64,000 nucleotides of DNA from the human T2T-CHM13v2.0 reference genome, Homo sapiens: the NCBI RefSeq assembly GCF_009914755.1, contig NC_060947.1; one strand, written 5' to 3'. How positions within the stretch are numbered: position 1 is the stretch's first letter; each line of letters opens with the position of its first letter. This document shows positions 22,960-34,945 of the stretch, in pieces. The notes beneath the pieces are model-generated. The model saw nothing but the letters and a program-made list of their open reading frames with translations. It was not told the DNA's origin and did not search any database. The position numbers and the translations under genes are program-made.

Positions 22960-24750
22960 TCTCTTCCTTGCCTTGGCTCCCTCCTCAACTCCCAGCCATC
23001 TGTTCCTGGCTCTCAGTACTCTCCAGATCATGATCCTACCACAGTTACTGAAGACCTAACTGGCAAATTCAATGGCTTTTTCTTGGCCTCCACTTCCCCA
23101 AGCCCTCTGCACAGAGCTGCTAACTTCACCCTCCTGAGATGAAGTTCTTTACTTCCCAGCTCCTTTCCCTCACTCATGTTGTAGTCGTGGTTTTCTTCTC
23201 TTTCACCAAATACACCTTGCATTTGAGTTGCCCAGAAAGTTTCTGAAAACAACCATGAACAAAACACTGAGACAAGATTACTGGGTTCTTTCGAACCCTG
23301 TTGACTCCTTTGGCTCCTCTCCCTTCTCCCATCTCCTAACAGATGAATTTCTTAAGCTTCTGTCCTTGGACCAGGTCTCTATCTTGACACTTTCTCCCTT
23401 GGAGATCTCCAACACTCCCACAGTTTTTGTGCTCATTTCTGTGTGGCTGGTTCTCAGGTCCTTATCTTCAGTCCCATTCTCATCTGAGCCCCAGATTCCC
23501 ATCTCCACATGCCTGTTGGATGCCCAACCAGACACAGAATCTTCATGCATCAGAAGAAACACTGTCTCCCCCACCAAACCTGCTCTGCCTGCTTAGCCTA
23601 TTTCTGATCATGGAACTAACACCCCCTAATCACCAAGGCTTTAGACCTATGAGCCATCTAGGAGAACCTCCTTTGTATCTCCCCCCACCAGAAAGCAGGT
23701 CCTAGGAAAGCTGCTCATATAGTGGGGATACTCTTCACCCCTTCTTTCCAAGTCTGCTAGCCTTGCCTTTTTCAAGCTTTCACTATTCTCACCTTGTGTC
23801 TCCTGCGTGGTCCCCTGACATCCAATCTTCCTTCCTCCCAACCCCTCCCTCACATCAGCAGCTAGAAGGATCTTCTTACAACCTAGATCTGATTACTTCT
23901 TTCCTCTTGTGAGATGCCTCTTCTTTAAATTATAGGGAATTTAAATTTCATATATTTCCAGATAATATCTACACATGGATACCATGGAAAATTGTTCACC
24001 CCTCTCTCTGTCTCTCTATCCATTCTCATCTCTAATAATGAACTTAAAGGCAAGATTGGAGTAAGGCTTGCCTTGACAATCATTATTGTGTGGGGGTTGA
24101 AGTTACTTTTAATGTTCTTTGGACTTGTCTATATTGATTTAATTTCTAATTACGAGAACACATAAATTTTACAAAAATAATAAAGTCATTCCTCAGGAAA
24201 AAAAAAATAAACCACCAGTTGTTCCACATTATCACTGTAACTGGGACAAAGTTCAAACTCCTTCATGTGGCTTAAGGTGCCTTCCATGATTGACCTCTGC
24301 CAACCTTTCTTTCCTCACTGAAGGCCACTCCCCACTGCTTGAGCTCCAAGCACATTGACATTGCAGTCATTGGTCAGAATGGTCACTTATTGTCACCTCC
24401 AGGGCTTTGCTTGTGTCTGTCCTCTTGTCTCCAGTCCCATTGACCTTGTCCCAGATCTGTTCCTATCACTTCCTGCCTGGGCTATGGAATGAGCCTTTTT
24501 TCCTATCCAAACTCCTCTCGTTCCTTTTCATTTTGCACACAATACTGGAATCATCTTCCTGGAGCACAGGAAAAATCTTCCTAGTTTACCTCGCTGATGC
24601 TGAGCCTGAGGCCTGATTCCTCATTGGGAACTCCTATAATCTGGTTCTAGTCAAGTTTTCAGCTCCATGCTCTTATCCTGCACATTTTCCTGGGATTCTG
24701 ACACTCTTACAGACTCATTCTTCCTAGTACATGCCTAGCCCTTCCTCTTT
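22960..24750 (+). mobile_element. long degraded L2 with small insertions (L1ME-like 3' end at about 24040-24190)
   Basis: ggcaaattcaatggc, tctgagccccagattcccatctccacatgcctgttgga, gctagaaggatcttcttacaacctagatctgatt, aaagttcaaactccttcatgtggc. Confidence 0.7.
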
Positions 24751-25399
24751 CCTCTTCTTCACTACTTTCGAAAGTGGGTTTATCCTGCCCAGTGAGGCAG
24801 ACAATGGGCAAAATAAGGTGACTCTGTGGACTACTGGGTCTTGCTTCATTCTTAAAGTGCAGCCCTGGTTTCAGAGGTATTCACTGGCAACCAGGAAGTC
24901 AACCTTCCCCTTGAGTGCAGCCAAAGTGCTGCGGGAGAGTCAGGACTGGGAATACAGACCCAGACCAGGGACCGAGACAGTGGCTAAGAAAATACCCAGG
25001 TGGGGGACCAGGTGGCCAAGGTGTGCTTTGCCACCCCTTGTTTGTCTGCTGTTTGCAGACATGATCTTGTACATGATCTTGGTGACTCACCTTCTTTCCC
25101 AGATACACCACAGGAGGCAGAAGGAGTGAATACCTTCAGGCATCAAACGGGCCTCAACCACTCAGGTCCTAGGAAGGCCAGCTCACCACAAACATAAGTG
25201 TGCTGCAGAATCACAAAGCCCTGCAAACAAAAGGCACTGCCATGGGTAGCCTCCACCCCCTTATCTCAGTCCTGCTAAGCTCCATTGGTCTTATGCTACT
25301 GAGAAGGTGAAGGGCAAGGTGCCTAGGTGAGCCACCATCACCATCCCTCCTAAGCCTGGCTTCATCTCCACAAGAGAGCTCTTTGCAGAGATTACTTAA

Positions 25400-26500
25400 C
25401 TACTACTCAGGCACCACAAACACAATATGTCCAAGACAGAGTCCAGCACTCCCTCCCCCCTACCTGCCACCACCACCACAAGCTGTTCTTCCTTTTGCAT
25501 CCCAGATCACAGCTAATGGTGCCACCATCCTCCTCATCCCTGGCTCCACTTATGCATCATGCTGTTTCACATCTCACTGCCTTCACGCATGCTGTGTACT
25601 TGCTTGCAGTAACTGTGCCGTTCTCCTTCACTTGGTGCCCACCAACACTTGGCTCAGTGGTTAACTCCTATGCAAATTTCCCCCTTTGCCTTCCCATGTT
25701 CCTGAAGCAGGATGTGGAGCCTCTCCTTTGTGCTCCTCAGCAACTAGGGATACTTCATTGTCATTGGCACTTTCTTGTCCTGTTTTTCCATTAGACCTGG
25801 AACTATTTGTGTGCAGGCACTATGTATTATGTACCTGTGTGTTCCTATTTCTAAACACAAAACTCTGTATATACATGACGTTCGGTAAGAGCTAGTTAAT
25901 GTATTTTATATATTCATAAATTATAATGTATTACATGGATTAATAAAGCGTCACCTATTTCCTGGCTCTTACATCCTGAATTCAGTCATTCACTATGTTC
26001 CATCCCTTTATCTTCTTAATTATCTCTTGATCCAGTCTACTTCTCTTCAGCCTAGGACCTTCCTTCTAGTTGAGGACACCACCATCTCAATGCCCAACCA
26101 TCCCCACCTCCTGAGTAGTCTTCCGAACACCACTTTTTGTCTCCTGCAGTCTGTTCTCCACACTGCAGCCATATGGAGCCTTTCAAGTATAAATTTGCTT
26201 ATATCATCCTTTTGCTCAGAACATTCCAGAAGCTTGGCACCACCCTCAGCACAAAGTGCAAGCCCTCAATGGCAGCTCAGGCAGCCCTCCCTAGCCTCAT
26301 CTTCCACACTTCTTTTCTGGGGTCCTGGAGTCTAAGCAGACAAAACAACTTGCTGTTACCTTCAATTGCTGTTTTTTTTCCACCTCCATTCCTTGCTCGT
26401 GCTGTTAGGTCAACCTGGAATCCCCTCCCTTATATCCCATCTGTCCATATCATTCCCCTGATTTAAGGCTCTACCTCAGTGCCCTCATCCAGGAGGCCTT
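25400..26500 (+). mobile_element. two L2 fragments
   Basis: taatggtgccaccatcc...ccattagacctggaact...gcaggcactatgt; then cagtctgttctccacactgcagcca...cctggaatcccctcc. Confidence 0.65.
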
Positions 26501-26870
26501 GGGGAGCCTGGCCACCAATAGATCAATGGCTTGCACCAGGGATATAAGTCTCTGAGAAAGGACAAGGCACTGTCTGGGTGGTTTTTCATGAGATCAGGAG
26601 AAGCTAGCACCCAGAGATTTCCTTGTGCACAGATAGATGACTTGGCCAGAATTGCAAGGAGACTTTTAACAAAATGAGTCTTTTAGGTCAGGAAGGATGA
26701 CAAGGCAGTGACTAAATAAGGTGGGAGTGGAAGGAGCTCCTATGCTCAGAAATCTGTCAGGAAAGGTAGAACTTAGTACAGGGCACATCTCTGGGCAGGA
26801 TTCAGGGGCTGCTAAGTCAGGGCTGGGGGATTCCTAAGAAAGCAGCTTTGTTCTGAATTCGGGGAGGGGG

Positions 26871-27003
26871 TCAACAAAAGCAGTATTTACGGAGTGCCTA
26901 CTCAGTGCCAGGTACTGGGTAGGCCTTGCAGACATGGAAATGACGCAGAGTTGATTCTTGCTCTGTCTCTTCCTTCAAGAAACTTCTGGTCTAGACTGGA
27001 AGG
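26871..27003 (-). mobile_element. L2 3' terminus
   Basis: tatttacggagtgcctactcagtgccaggtactgggtaggc...ccttcaagaaacttctggtctag. Confidence 0.65.
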
Positions 27004-27449
27004 GGTTACATCATCAGTCGACTCGTGAGCTGAAAAATCTCCTGTGTGTCTGGAATTAGGAGGGAGAGAAAGGGTGGGAGGGAGGGAAGGATGGAAACTG
27101 GGAAGGGTCAGCAATGTCCCCAAGCCTAGCCTGTGGAGACATGGAGACCCTACTTCTCCCCCCATCTCAAACATGCAGTGATTTATTCTACCCAACTTGG
27201 GATGATTTAGTGCTGGTAATGCTTTGCACTGTGGAGAGGGGTGGAGGGAGGGGCCATCTTTTGGGTTGCTTCCTCAGTTCCTATTTTCTCATACTTCAGA
27301 GGTTTGGAAGTTTTGAAACAGCTTATGTGGAATTTCTGGGCCTATACTCTTCTTTCTCTCAATTCCCCTAGAATGTCTTAAACGTCTACCCTCAGCCCTG
27401 CCTTCTTTCATTGATAGATGTGTCTAGAGGGCCACTCTGGCTTAGGAGG

Positions 27450-27670
27450 TGAAAAATGAAACACAGTTGGTCCTAATTACTTGCTTCGTCAGGTGCTTTA
27501 TTGACCAGGATAGCTATGGCCTTGCTTCTGAGCCTGTCTTCAAGTCATTGTGGCTGTGTCGATAACAGTGCCACCAACTTGTTGTCTTAATGGCTGAGGC
27601 CGATTGACCGTTTGCTGACCTAATTGATTACTTGATTCCCAACTAGAATCTGTCCCAAATAGCACCTTTA
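27450..27670. promoter_or_regulatory. candidate conserved non-coding element
   Basis: Unique block with TAATTA 27474-27479, TTTATTG 27497-27503, CATTGT 27546-27551, TAATGG 27588-27593, TAATTGATTA 27621-27630. Confidence 0.35.
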
Positions 27671-28802
27671 GAGACCACGTGGCTCCCTCTCTGTGCTTTC
27701 AGCACAATCACTTCAACTTTCTGTGTTTTGGTTTCCCCGTGAAGTCAATAGGTTTGTTGTGAGTAGGTGTACCGATTTTCAGAGATTACCCAAAGGGTTT
27801 AGTGGACGCTGAGGACAAATGTACCACAGTGAGTAAGACTTGCTGGTTCCAAGCTGTTCCTGGAGGTCCCTTAGGACCTCCAAGGATAGCAGAGTGGGTG
27901 CAAACCATGTGTATGCACAGGCACCTGTGTTTGAACATGAGGTTGTCTCTCCCTGGAGTGCTCCCTCCATTGCCGCGCTACCCACTGCCATGGACTAGGT
28001 AACTCTGATCTCAGCCTCCCTATCCGTTCCTCGAAGAAGCCTCCTATGAGTGCCTGGATGAGGTCAGGCTTCTTGGGCTTCATTCTGAGCAGCTTGCAAA
28101 TTTCTTCCTTAGCAGCTACCACAGTTGGTAATATTTATTTGTCTGAATATTTGGTGAATGTCTGTCTCTGCCACTGACAAGTTCTATAAAAAGATGAGCA
28201 CAACTCTTGCACCCCTGGGACCCAGCACAGAGTCCAGAATATGGGATAATCACCTTTCTTTCCACCCCTGGAGTTGCCACTGTAATCCATGCACCTCTTT
28301 CTCCCTTCCTCCCCCTTCCTCTTCCACCTTCACTGGCATGCAGTTTAAGTTTAGCCACCAGTCACCAGCCCTCCTTTGCCCAGCTTGTTCTATCTTCACT
28401 CCCTGCACCCCATTCAGATATGCGGAGGCCGTATTCATCTTCCAAAAACATCTGGCTCTAACCATCCTCAGGGGCTCCAGGATCTGCTGAATGGGTACGT
28501 CCCTTCTGCTATTGATTTCACCCTCACCTCTCTAGCTGCATCTCCACCACTCTCCACTTCGATGTTTTTGTTTTAGTCAAACCGTTCTTCCCAAGTACTC
28601 TATTCCATCCGTCAGTTCCACAATTTTATGCCAATCTAGGTCCACCATCCCTTTCTTGTCTGGCATAAAATATAATTTCCTTCCAGGAGTTTTCCCTGAT
28701 TAAACCCACTCTCTTCAGACATCTTCTGGTTCAGTTTGTCAAACACAGTTCTCCCCAACAGATTTAATGCAGTTACAGTGAGGTGTCTACCATCATTTAA
28801 AT

Positions 28803-29148
28803 TTTATTTAACAATATTGCTGAGCACTGACTGAGTGTCAGACACTGTGCTGGGCCCTGAGGATATGCTATGACCACGACTGACTGATACAGCCCTTTCC
28901 CCATGGAATCCACAGTCCTGTGGGGTAGCCAGACATGGGCCAAGTAACTTCAAGTGTGATGACTACTTCCAAAGGCCAAGGGCAGAATGCTCAGAGAGCT
29001 GACCCAGCCTGAGGTCAAGGAAGGCCTCCTTGAGGAAGGGCCGTCTGGACTGTAATCTAAGGCTAAGTAGGAGTTAAGCTGGCCAGGAGGTAGGACAAGG
29101 GCAGGATAAGAAGGAGTTCTGGGCAGAGGGATGGCCTCATGAAACAGA
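28803..29148 (-). mobile_element. L2 3' end (host of the nested stack; continues at 30176-30360 and 33630-33830)
   Basis: tgagcactgactgagtgtcagacactgtgctgggccctgaggata...ggtcaaggaaggcctccttgaggaagg. Confidence 0.8.
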
Positions 29149-30175
29149 AGCAAGGGAGACTTTGAGGAGTCGTTTTCCGGCTGGAAACTCGTGGCACCTT
29201 TGCCCAAGTTCTTGTCCTGCATCCAGGAAGAATGAAGTATGCAGACAAGTGGAAGGTGAACAAGATGAAGAGGAGCTTTATTGAGTGTTACCACAGCTCA
29301 GAGGAGACCCGCAGGGGGTAGCTCCTCTCTGCTGGCAGGTCATCCTTCTGTCTCTGCAGCTCTCAGCAGACAGGGTAGCTCCTCTCTGCAGCTGGTCATC
29401 CTCTGCCTGATCTTTCCAGGTTTTTGTGGACCTTAGAGGGGAGGAAGTGTGTGCTGATTGGTCCATGGGCGGCCATGAGTGGGCTGGAAAAGGCACCATA
29501 AGTCCCCACTCTGATCCATGGGACCAGCAGCCCAGCCTTCAGCCTTCAGGCCCTCCCTGGCCTGAAGGTGGGGCCTTACTGGGGACCCGCCCCCTTCTGC
29601 CCAGGAATCTGTCTGCCTTCTATTGCCGTTCACAGTTCACAGTGCCCCAGCTGGGCCCTGACTTTGCTCCAAGATCAGAGCAGACACCAACAGCAGGGAG
29701 AAGCCAGGCAGCAGGAGCAGGTGCTTCTGTTTCTGAGCCTGCAAGGGCAGGAGGGCCTTCCCAGGCCCCCAAGAGTGCAGGGATGCCTGAGACTGCGGCT
29801 GCTGGTTTGGGCAGCTGCAGCTGTACCATGGAGGGCATGGGGCTACTACAGCTGCACTGGGGAGTTCAGGAATCCTGCCTGCTCTGGCACCCCCTCCCCC
29901 CGACCAACAGCATATGGAGGTTTGGATCCGTAGCCACAACTTGGGTAGCTGCAGCTCCACCCAGGAGGTTGGGGCTCCTGCCTGCTCCATGGAGTGGGAG
30001 GCCATGGTCTACAGTGAGGACACCTGGGGAGCTCCCACTCCAACTCAGAAGGGACAGGGCTACCACTTGTCACTGACTCCTGCCAGCTCCACACAGTGTG
30101 CAGCCCTGGCAGGGCCTCCCTGCTGCAGCCAGCGTGATGGCAGCGGCAGGCCATCTGGAGCAGTAGCTGCCATCA
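29149..30175 (-). mobile_element. MER52/LTR27-family ERV1 solo LTR
   Basis: gtggcacctttgcccaagttcttgtcctgcatccaggaagaatgaagtatgcagacaag, gaggaagtgtgtgctgattggtccatgggcggccatg, terminus gctgccatca; GC-rich. Confidence 0.85.
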
Positions 30176-30360
30176 GCAGGAAAGGGAGACAGGGGCCAGA
30201 ACATGCAGAACCTTTAGGCCACAGAAGGAGTTTGAATTTTATTCCAAGGAAAAGTGAAATGATGAGACAAGCCTTCTATTTTAAAAAGGTTACTGTGATT
30301 GCTATGAGGTGAACAGGCTGCCGATGGGCAAGAACAGAAGTAGAGAGATTCGTGAGGAAT
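30176..30360 (-). mobile_element. L2 continuation
   Basis: ggggccagaacatgcagaacctttaggccacagaaggagtttgaattttattcc...ttttaaaaaggttactgtgattgct. Confidence 0.7.
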
Positions 30361-31030
30361 CATTGATTTATTGCTCCTCAGCTCCAAGCTTATCCTTCTT
30401 GCTTGCTCTGTGGAATTGGATCTGGGCCCTTTAAATATTTTTTTCCTTGTCCCTGCTCGCTGAAGCTCTGTCAGGAGAGGGCACTGGAGAGACATTGCCA
30501 GAGGGAATGGGTTTTTCCTCCTTGTTCTAGCGTGCTGCCTCAGCAGGCTCTTGGTGGCCCTTGCAGATGGCTTCTCCATATCTCACCTCTGTAGCACACA
30601 TAGATTCCCAGTACCTGGCTTCTGCAGGGCATATGACTTCTCCGTGATCCAGTACCTGCAGCGAACATGGCTTTTCTAGCGTCTGATTCCTGAAGCATGT
30701 GTGGCTTCCCCAGTGCCCAGCTCCCACAGCATGACCAGCTTCTCTTGCAGTACTTGCAGCTTTTTTATAACTCAGATCCTGCAGTGGACAGTGATCAGCA
30801 GTGCCCAGCGGCCAGCACCTTCCTCTGGCACCCAATTTGGGCACTTTTGGTGAGACACCTCCCAGTGAACAGCTTTCCTCAGCATCCTAGAAGGCAGTTT
30901 CTGACCAGTTCCAGAGAATGGATGTCCAGCAAGTTTACCAGCCACTCAATGAGCCATGGCCACGTTCTCTCTAACAAGATGTGCGTCTCAGCCTTGGGGG
31001 ATACAAGAGAGCTTTTATTTATTTCTCCCA
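30361..31030 (+). mobile_element. LTR41-family ERVL LTR, 5' part
   Basis: ttattgctcctcagctccaa...tgggccctttaaatatttt...tgtcaggagagggcactggagagacattgc matches the LTR41 start. Confidence 0.8.
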
Positions 31031-31034
31031 TTTA

Positions 31035-32240
31035 AAAAACATTTTTCATTATGGGATGTTTCAAACATGTATATAAGTAGAATAATATAATAAACTCTTT
31101 ATACCCATCACTCAGCTTCAACGTTTATTGTCATGTGCCCAACTTACTTTTATCTATAAACCTCCCCAATCCCCTATCCTCCCATTGTTTTAAAGCAAAT
31201 ACAAAATACATCATTTTATCCTTAAATAATTCAGTATATATCTTTAAATTATTAGGGCTCTTTTTTTCCCTTAAGCTACAGTACTTTTATCCCATCTAAA
31301 AATGGTTTCTTACTTATAATCAAATATTTACTTAGTATTCAAGTTTCCATGATTGTCTCATAAATGTCATTCAGTAAGTGGATCCAAAATGTCATTTAAT
31401 AATACAGATCCAAAAGATCTACGTATTGTATTTGTTTTACTCATTTGTTTTAATCTCCAGGTTTCATCAGCCTGTTTTAATCTCCAGGTTTCCTCTCTCC
31501 GTCTCCCATTTTTCTTGCTATTTATTTGTTGATGAAACCTGGTTGTTTGTCCTTTAGAATATTCCACAGTCCAGATATTGCTAGTTGCATTCCCACAGTG
31601 TCATTTAACATAACCTTCCACCCCTGAATTTTCTGTAAACTAATAGCTATATAGAGAGGCTTGACCAGATATAGATTTGAATGTTGTAGTGCAAAACACT
31701 TCATAGATACTCATACCGCAGGTGTTTGTATTATATCCAACTCGGGGGAGGGTTGGGGCAGGGGGTATGTTTTTTGTGATGTTGAAATTGCTTCCTGGGT
31801 TTGGGCATTGTCAGGCTCACACATCCACAATAAAGTTGCCTGAGAGCCTTTCACCTAATGATTCTATTAACAGCTGCCATTGTTGATCATTGTCTGCATT
31901 CTTATTTCATTGGAAGCTGCAAAATACTGATATAACAATGCTGTCATTCCTTCTACATTTGTTAGCTGGAATTCTTTATGAAGAAGATCTTCCCAGTATG
32001 TCTTTTCAGAATATGTTGGTTTCCTGACATCTTCCAAAGGTGATATATGAACACATGGGTTTGATTTGTTTAAATCTATTGTAGTTATTTGTAGTTATCT
32101 TTTCTTTGGTCAGAGGTAGCCCCTCTGTGTTGGTTTCTGTGTCCTTTTGAGAGGAGCCCAGTTGGATTTTGTTTTGCTTTGTTTTCTTTTAAAGTATTAT
32201 TTGCATACAATAACCTCATTGTCTTTGATAGATGCATTGC
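31035..32240 (-). mobile_element. L1MC4/5-type 3' UTR fragment
   Basis: tacccatcactcagcttcaac, ttttaaagcaaat, ttgttgatgaaacctggttgtttgtcctttagaatattccaca, agaggcttgaccagat. Confidence 0.75.
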
Positions 32241-32244
32241 TTTT

Positions 32245-33045
32245 GTCAGCTTTATTGAAATATAATTGACAAATAAAAATTGTATATATTTATGGGGTAC
32301 AATGTGATAATTTGATATACATATACATTATGAAATTATTACTATAATCAAACTAATTAACATATACATCACTGCATACACTTGTCTTCTGTGTGTGTGT
32401 GTGTGTTGTGAGAACATTTAAAATCTACTCTTTTGGCAATTTTCAAGTATACAATACATTGTTATTAACTGTGATCACCACGTTGTACAATAAATCTGAA
32501 CTTATTCCTCCTGTCTAACTTTTATACCCTTTGACCAACATCTCCCCTTTCCCCCCACCCTCCACCAGCCTCTGGTAACCACCATTCTACTCTCTGCTTC
32601 TGTGAGTTAAACTTTTTTAGATTCTATATGTATGTGAGATCATGTGGTATTTGTCTTTCTGTGCCTGACTTATTTTGTTTAGTATAATGTCCTCCAGGTC
32701 ATCTGTGGTTGTGGCAAATGAGAGGATTTCCTTCTTTTTAAAGGCTGAAGTGTATTCCATTTTGTGTGTGTGTGCATGTGTGTGTTTATGTATATATCTC
32801 ATATTTTCTTTATACATTCATCCATTGATGGACACTTAGGTTGATTCACATTCTATTGTGAATAATGCTGCAGTAAACATGTGAGTGCAGATCTCTCTCC
32901 AATATGCTGAGTTCCTTTCTTTTGGATATATACCAAGCAGTGAGATTGCTGGATCATATGGTAGTTTTATTTTTAGTTTTTTTTTAAGGAACCTCCATAC
33001 TGTTTCCCATAGTGGCTATACTAATTTATATTCATGACAGTGTTT
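32245..33045 (-). mobile_element. L1MA7-9-type 3' end
   Basis: gctttattgaaatataattgacaaataaaaattgtatatattt...gagaacatttaaaatctactct...gagattgctggatcatatggtag. Confidence 0.9.
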
Positions 33046-33064
33046 TTCACTGGGTACTCTATGA

Positions 33065-33172
33065 CACTCTTAGAGGTTCCTTATATCTGTGATTCCTATG
33101 TTCTTTAGAGTTATTTTTACTCGTTCCTAGCCAATCCCTTATTAATCCAGCCACTTGTTATAATTAATAATT
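33065..33172 (+). mobile_element. LTR41 middle piece
   Basis: gttccttatatctgtgattcctatgttctttagagtt...tagccaatccct. Confidence 0.65.
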
Positions 33173-33176
33173 ATTT

Positions 33177-33547
33177 TACAAAATAGCTTTATTAGAGTAA
33201 AATTTACATACCACAAAACTAGTTTTCAGTGTACAGTTCAATGATTTTAAAACAAATTTACAAAGTTATGAAACCATCTCCATAGTCTAAGAAACATTGT
33301 GCCCATGAGAAGTCACTCATCCCCATCCCTAGCCCTGGAGAGCCACTAATCTACTTTCTCTATAGATTAGCCTTTTCTGGACATTTCTAGAATATGTGCT
33401 CCTCTGTGTCTGGCTTCTTTCACTGTAGTAAAATACATATAATCTAAAAATTGACCATCTTAACCATTTTAAGTATATAATTCAGTGTTAAGTATGGTCA
33501 AATTGTTGTGTTAGAGCTCTCTTGATCTTTTTGTCTTACAAAACTGC
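33177..33547 (-). mobile_element. two L1MB/L1ME-type 3' end fragments
   Basis: agctttattagagtaaaatttacatacc...ccactaatctactttct; then gtaaaatacatataatc...ccatcttaaccatttttaag. Flanked by taattaataattattt (33161-33176) and tagttaataattcttt (33548-33563). Confidence 0.75.
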
Positions 33548-33628
33548 TAGTTAATAATTCTTTATATTAAACTTTCCTGTTTAAATGACTGTATAGTTTC
33601 ACCGTCCTGATTGGATTTAGACCGTACA
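33548..33628 (+). mobile_element. LTR41 3' end
   Basis: ttaataattctttatattaaactttcctgtttaaat...tcctgattggatttagaccgtaca. Confidence 0.7.
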
Positions 33629-33629
33629 G

Positions 33630-33830
33630 AAGTATACAGTGTCCCAGGAAAGAGATAGTGGAGCTTGGACTAGGAAGAGCAGTGGAATTGGAGAGAAGGA
33701 AGCAGATGCAGGATTTATGGACACTGATGAATTGGATAGAAGGGTAAAGGAAAGAGAGGAATTGATGATGATTCCTAGTATTCTGGCTTGGGCACTGGGT
33801 GAGGGTAGTACCTTCACTGATGGGGAAGAG
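33630..33830 (-). mobile_element. L2 continuation
   Basis: tcccaggaaagagatagtggagcttggactagg...gatgattcctagtattctggcttgggcactggg. Confidence 0.75.
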
Positions 33831-33932
33831 CACTTATTTGGCAATAGAATGCTTGAATGAAAGGAGGCATCCTTGTCAAATTTGCCTTTGCTTCTGGCAA
33901 ATTAGTGTTGTATACCTTGGCATCTTCTATAT

Positions 33933-34111
33933 CACTGGCTCTCAACACTGGCTGTACATTAGAGTCATCAGGGAGCTTTTAACATCTATGGATGTCCTGA
34001 ATCCATCCCACACCAACTCAATCAAAATATCAGAGGATGGAGTCTAGGTACTGATAATTTCAAAGAGCTTTCCAGATGATTGTAATGTGCATCCAGTTTT
34101 AAGATCCATGG
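33933..34111. mobile_element. MER5A/B hAT-Charlie MITE
   Basis: ctggctctcaacactggctgtacattagagtcatcagggagcttttaa...ccagatgattgtaatgtgcatccag. Confidence 0.8.
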
Positions 34112-34347
34112 AAGTAGATGTACAATTAGAGCCTATAATCAAACTGAAAGTATTTAAGGTGGGGGCCTATTGGATGACCTGCATAATTAGCAAAGGCAAG
34201 CTAGTTAAGACAACATTAGAAGCTATCAAATTAGATGGTAAAGATGGTCAGAAATGAATAATTTATTAGGTGGCAGAGTCCTTACTATGCCTTGGGTGCA
34301 ATCTCTGTGCTTGGGTTCATGTCAGGTGCTTTATACTTGTCATCTAC

Positions 34348-34387
34348 TGTATCACACAGGGTTCTCCAGAGAAACAAAACCAACAAG

Positions 34388-34441
<54 letters not shown>

Positions 34442-34781
34442 GGAGAGACTTTAGGAAATTGGCTAAAGTGATTGTGAGGACTGGCAAATCCATAGCAAAG
34501 GCCGGCAGGATGGAAACCCAGGCAGAGTTTCTATGTTGAAGGCTAGAAAGTAGAATTCCATCTTATTTGGGATACTTTAGTCTTTGCTCTTAAGGCCTTC
34601 AAATGAGTGGATGGGACTCACTCACAATATGGAGGATAATCTACTTTATTCAAAGTCTATTCACTGTAAATGTTAATCACGTGTGAAAAAAATAAACCTC
34701 ACACCAACATTTAGACAGGTGTTCGATCAAAAACAGGGCACCATAGCCTAGCCAGGTTGACACATAAAATCCACCATCACA
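34348..34781 (-). mobile_element. MLT2-family ERVL solo LTR inserted in a MIR
   Basis: gggttctccagagaaaca...ccatagcctagccaggttgacacataaaatccaccatcaca; perfect TSD tctac at 34343-34347 and 34782-34786. Confidence 0.92.
34389..34438. repeat. (TG)25 microsatellite
   Basis: Uninterrupted TG run, read directly. Confidence 0.97.
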
Positions 34782-34786
34782 TCTAC

Positions 34787-34945
34787 TTGATTTTCACCAT
34801 CTTGTGTGGAAGATATCATTGTGCCTACAAAGCAGAGAAAACTAAGGCTCAGCGAAGCCAATTAATTCATCCCTAATCACCCAGCTAGTGGATGGATGAC
34901 CGGGCTAGAATGAAAACCCAGGTCTCTGGGATGCCACAGCCTCTC
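34787..34945 (-). mobile_element. MIR SINE (remainder after the MLT2 insertion)
   Basis: gagaaaactaaggctcagcgaag...tcacccagctagt...aacccaggtctctg. Confidence 0.7.

Noticed and set aside
27783-27828. 46-nt micro-exon candidate (ttttcag ... aca|gtgagt)
   Set aside because: Short polypyrimidine tract with competing upstream AGs; within the background rate of pseudo-exons.
29278-30312. Cluster of long overlapping ORFs (up to 216 aa) on both strands
   Set aside because: They lie in the GC-rich MER52-type LTR, where stop codons are scarce. No domain or splice structure.
31446-31492. 20-bp direct repeat with a 7-bp spacer
   Set aside because: Two copies only. A local duplication inside an L1 fragment, not a CRISPR-like or functional array.
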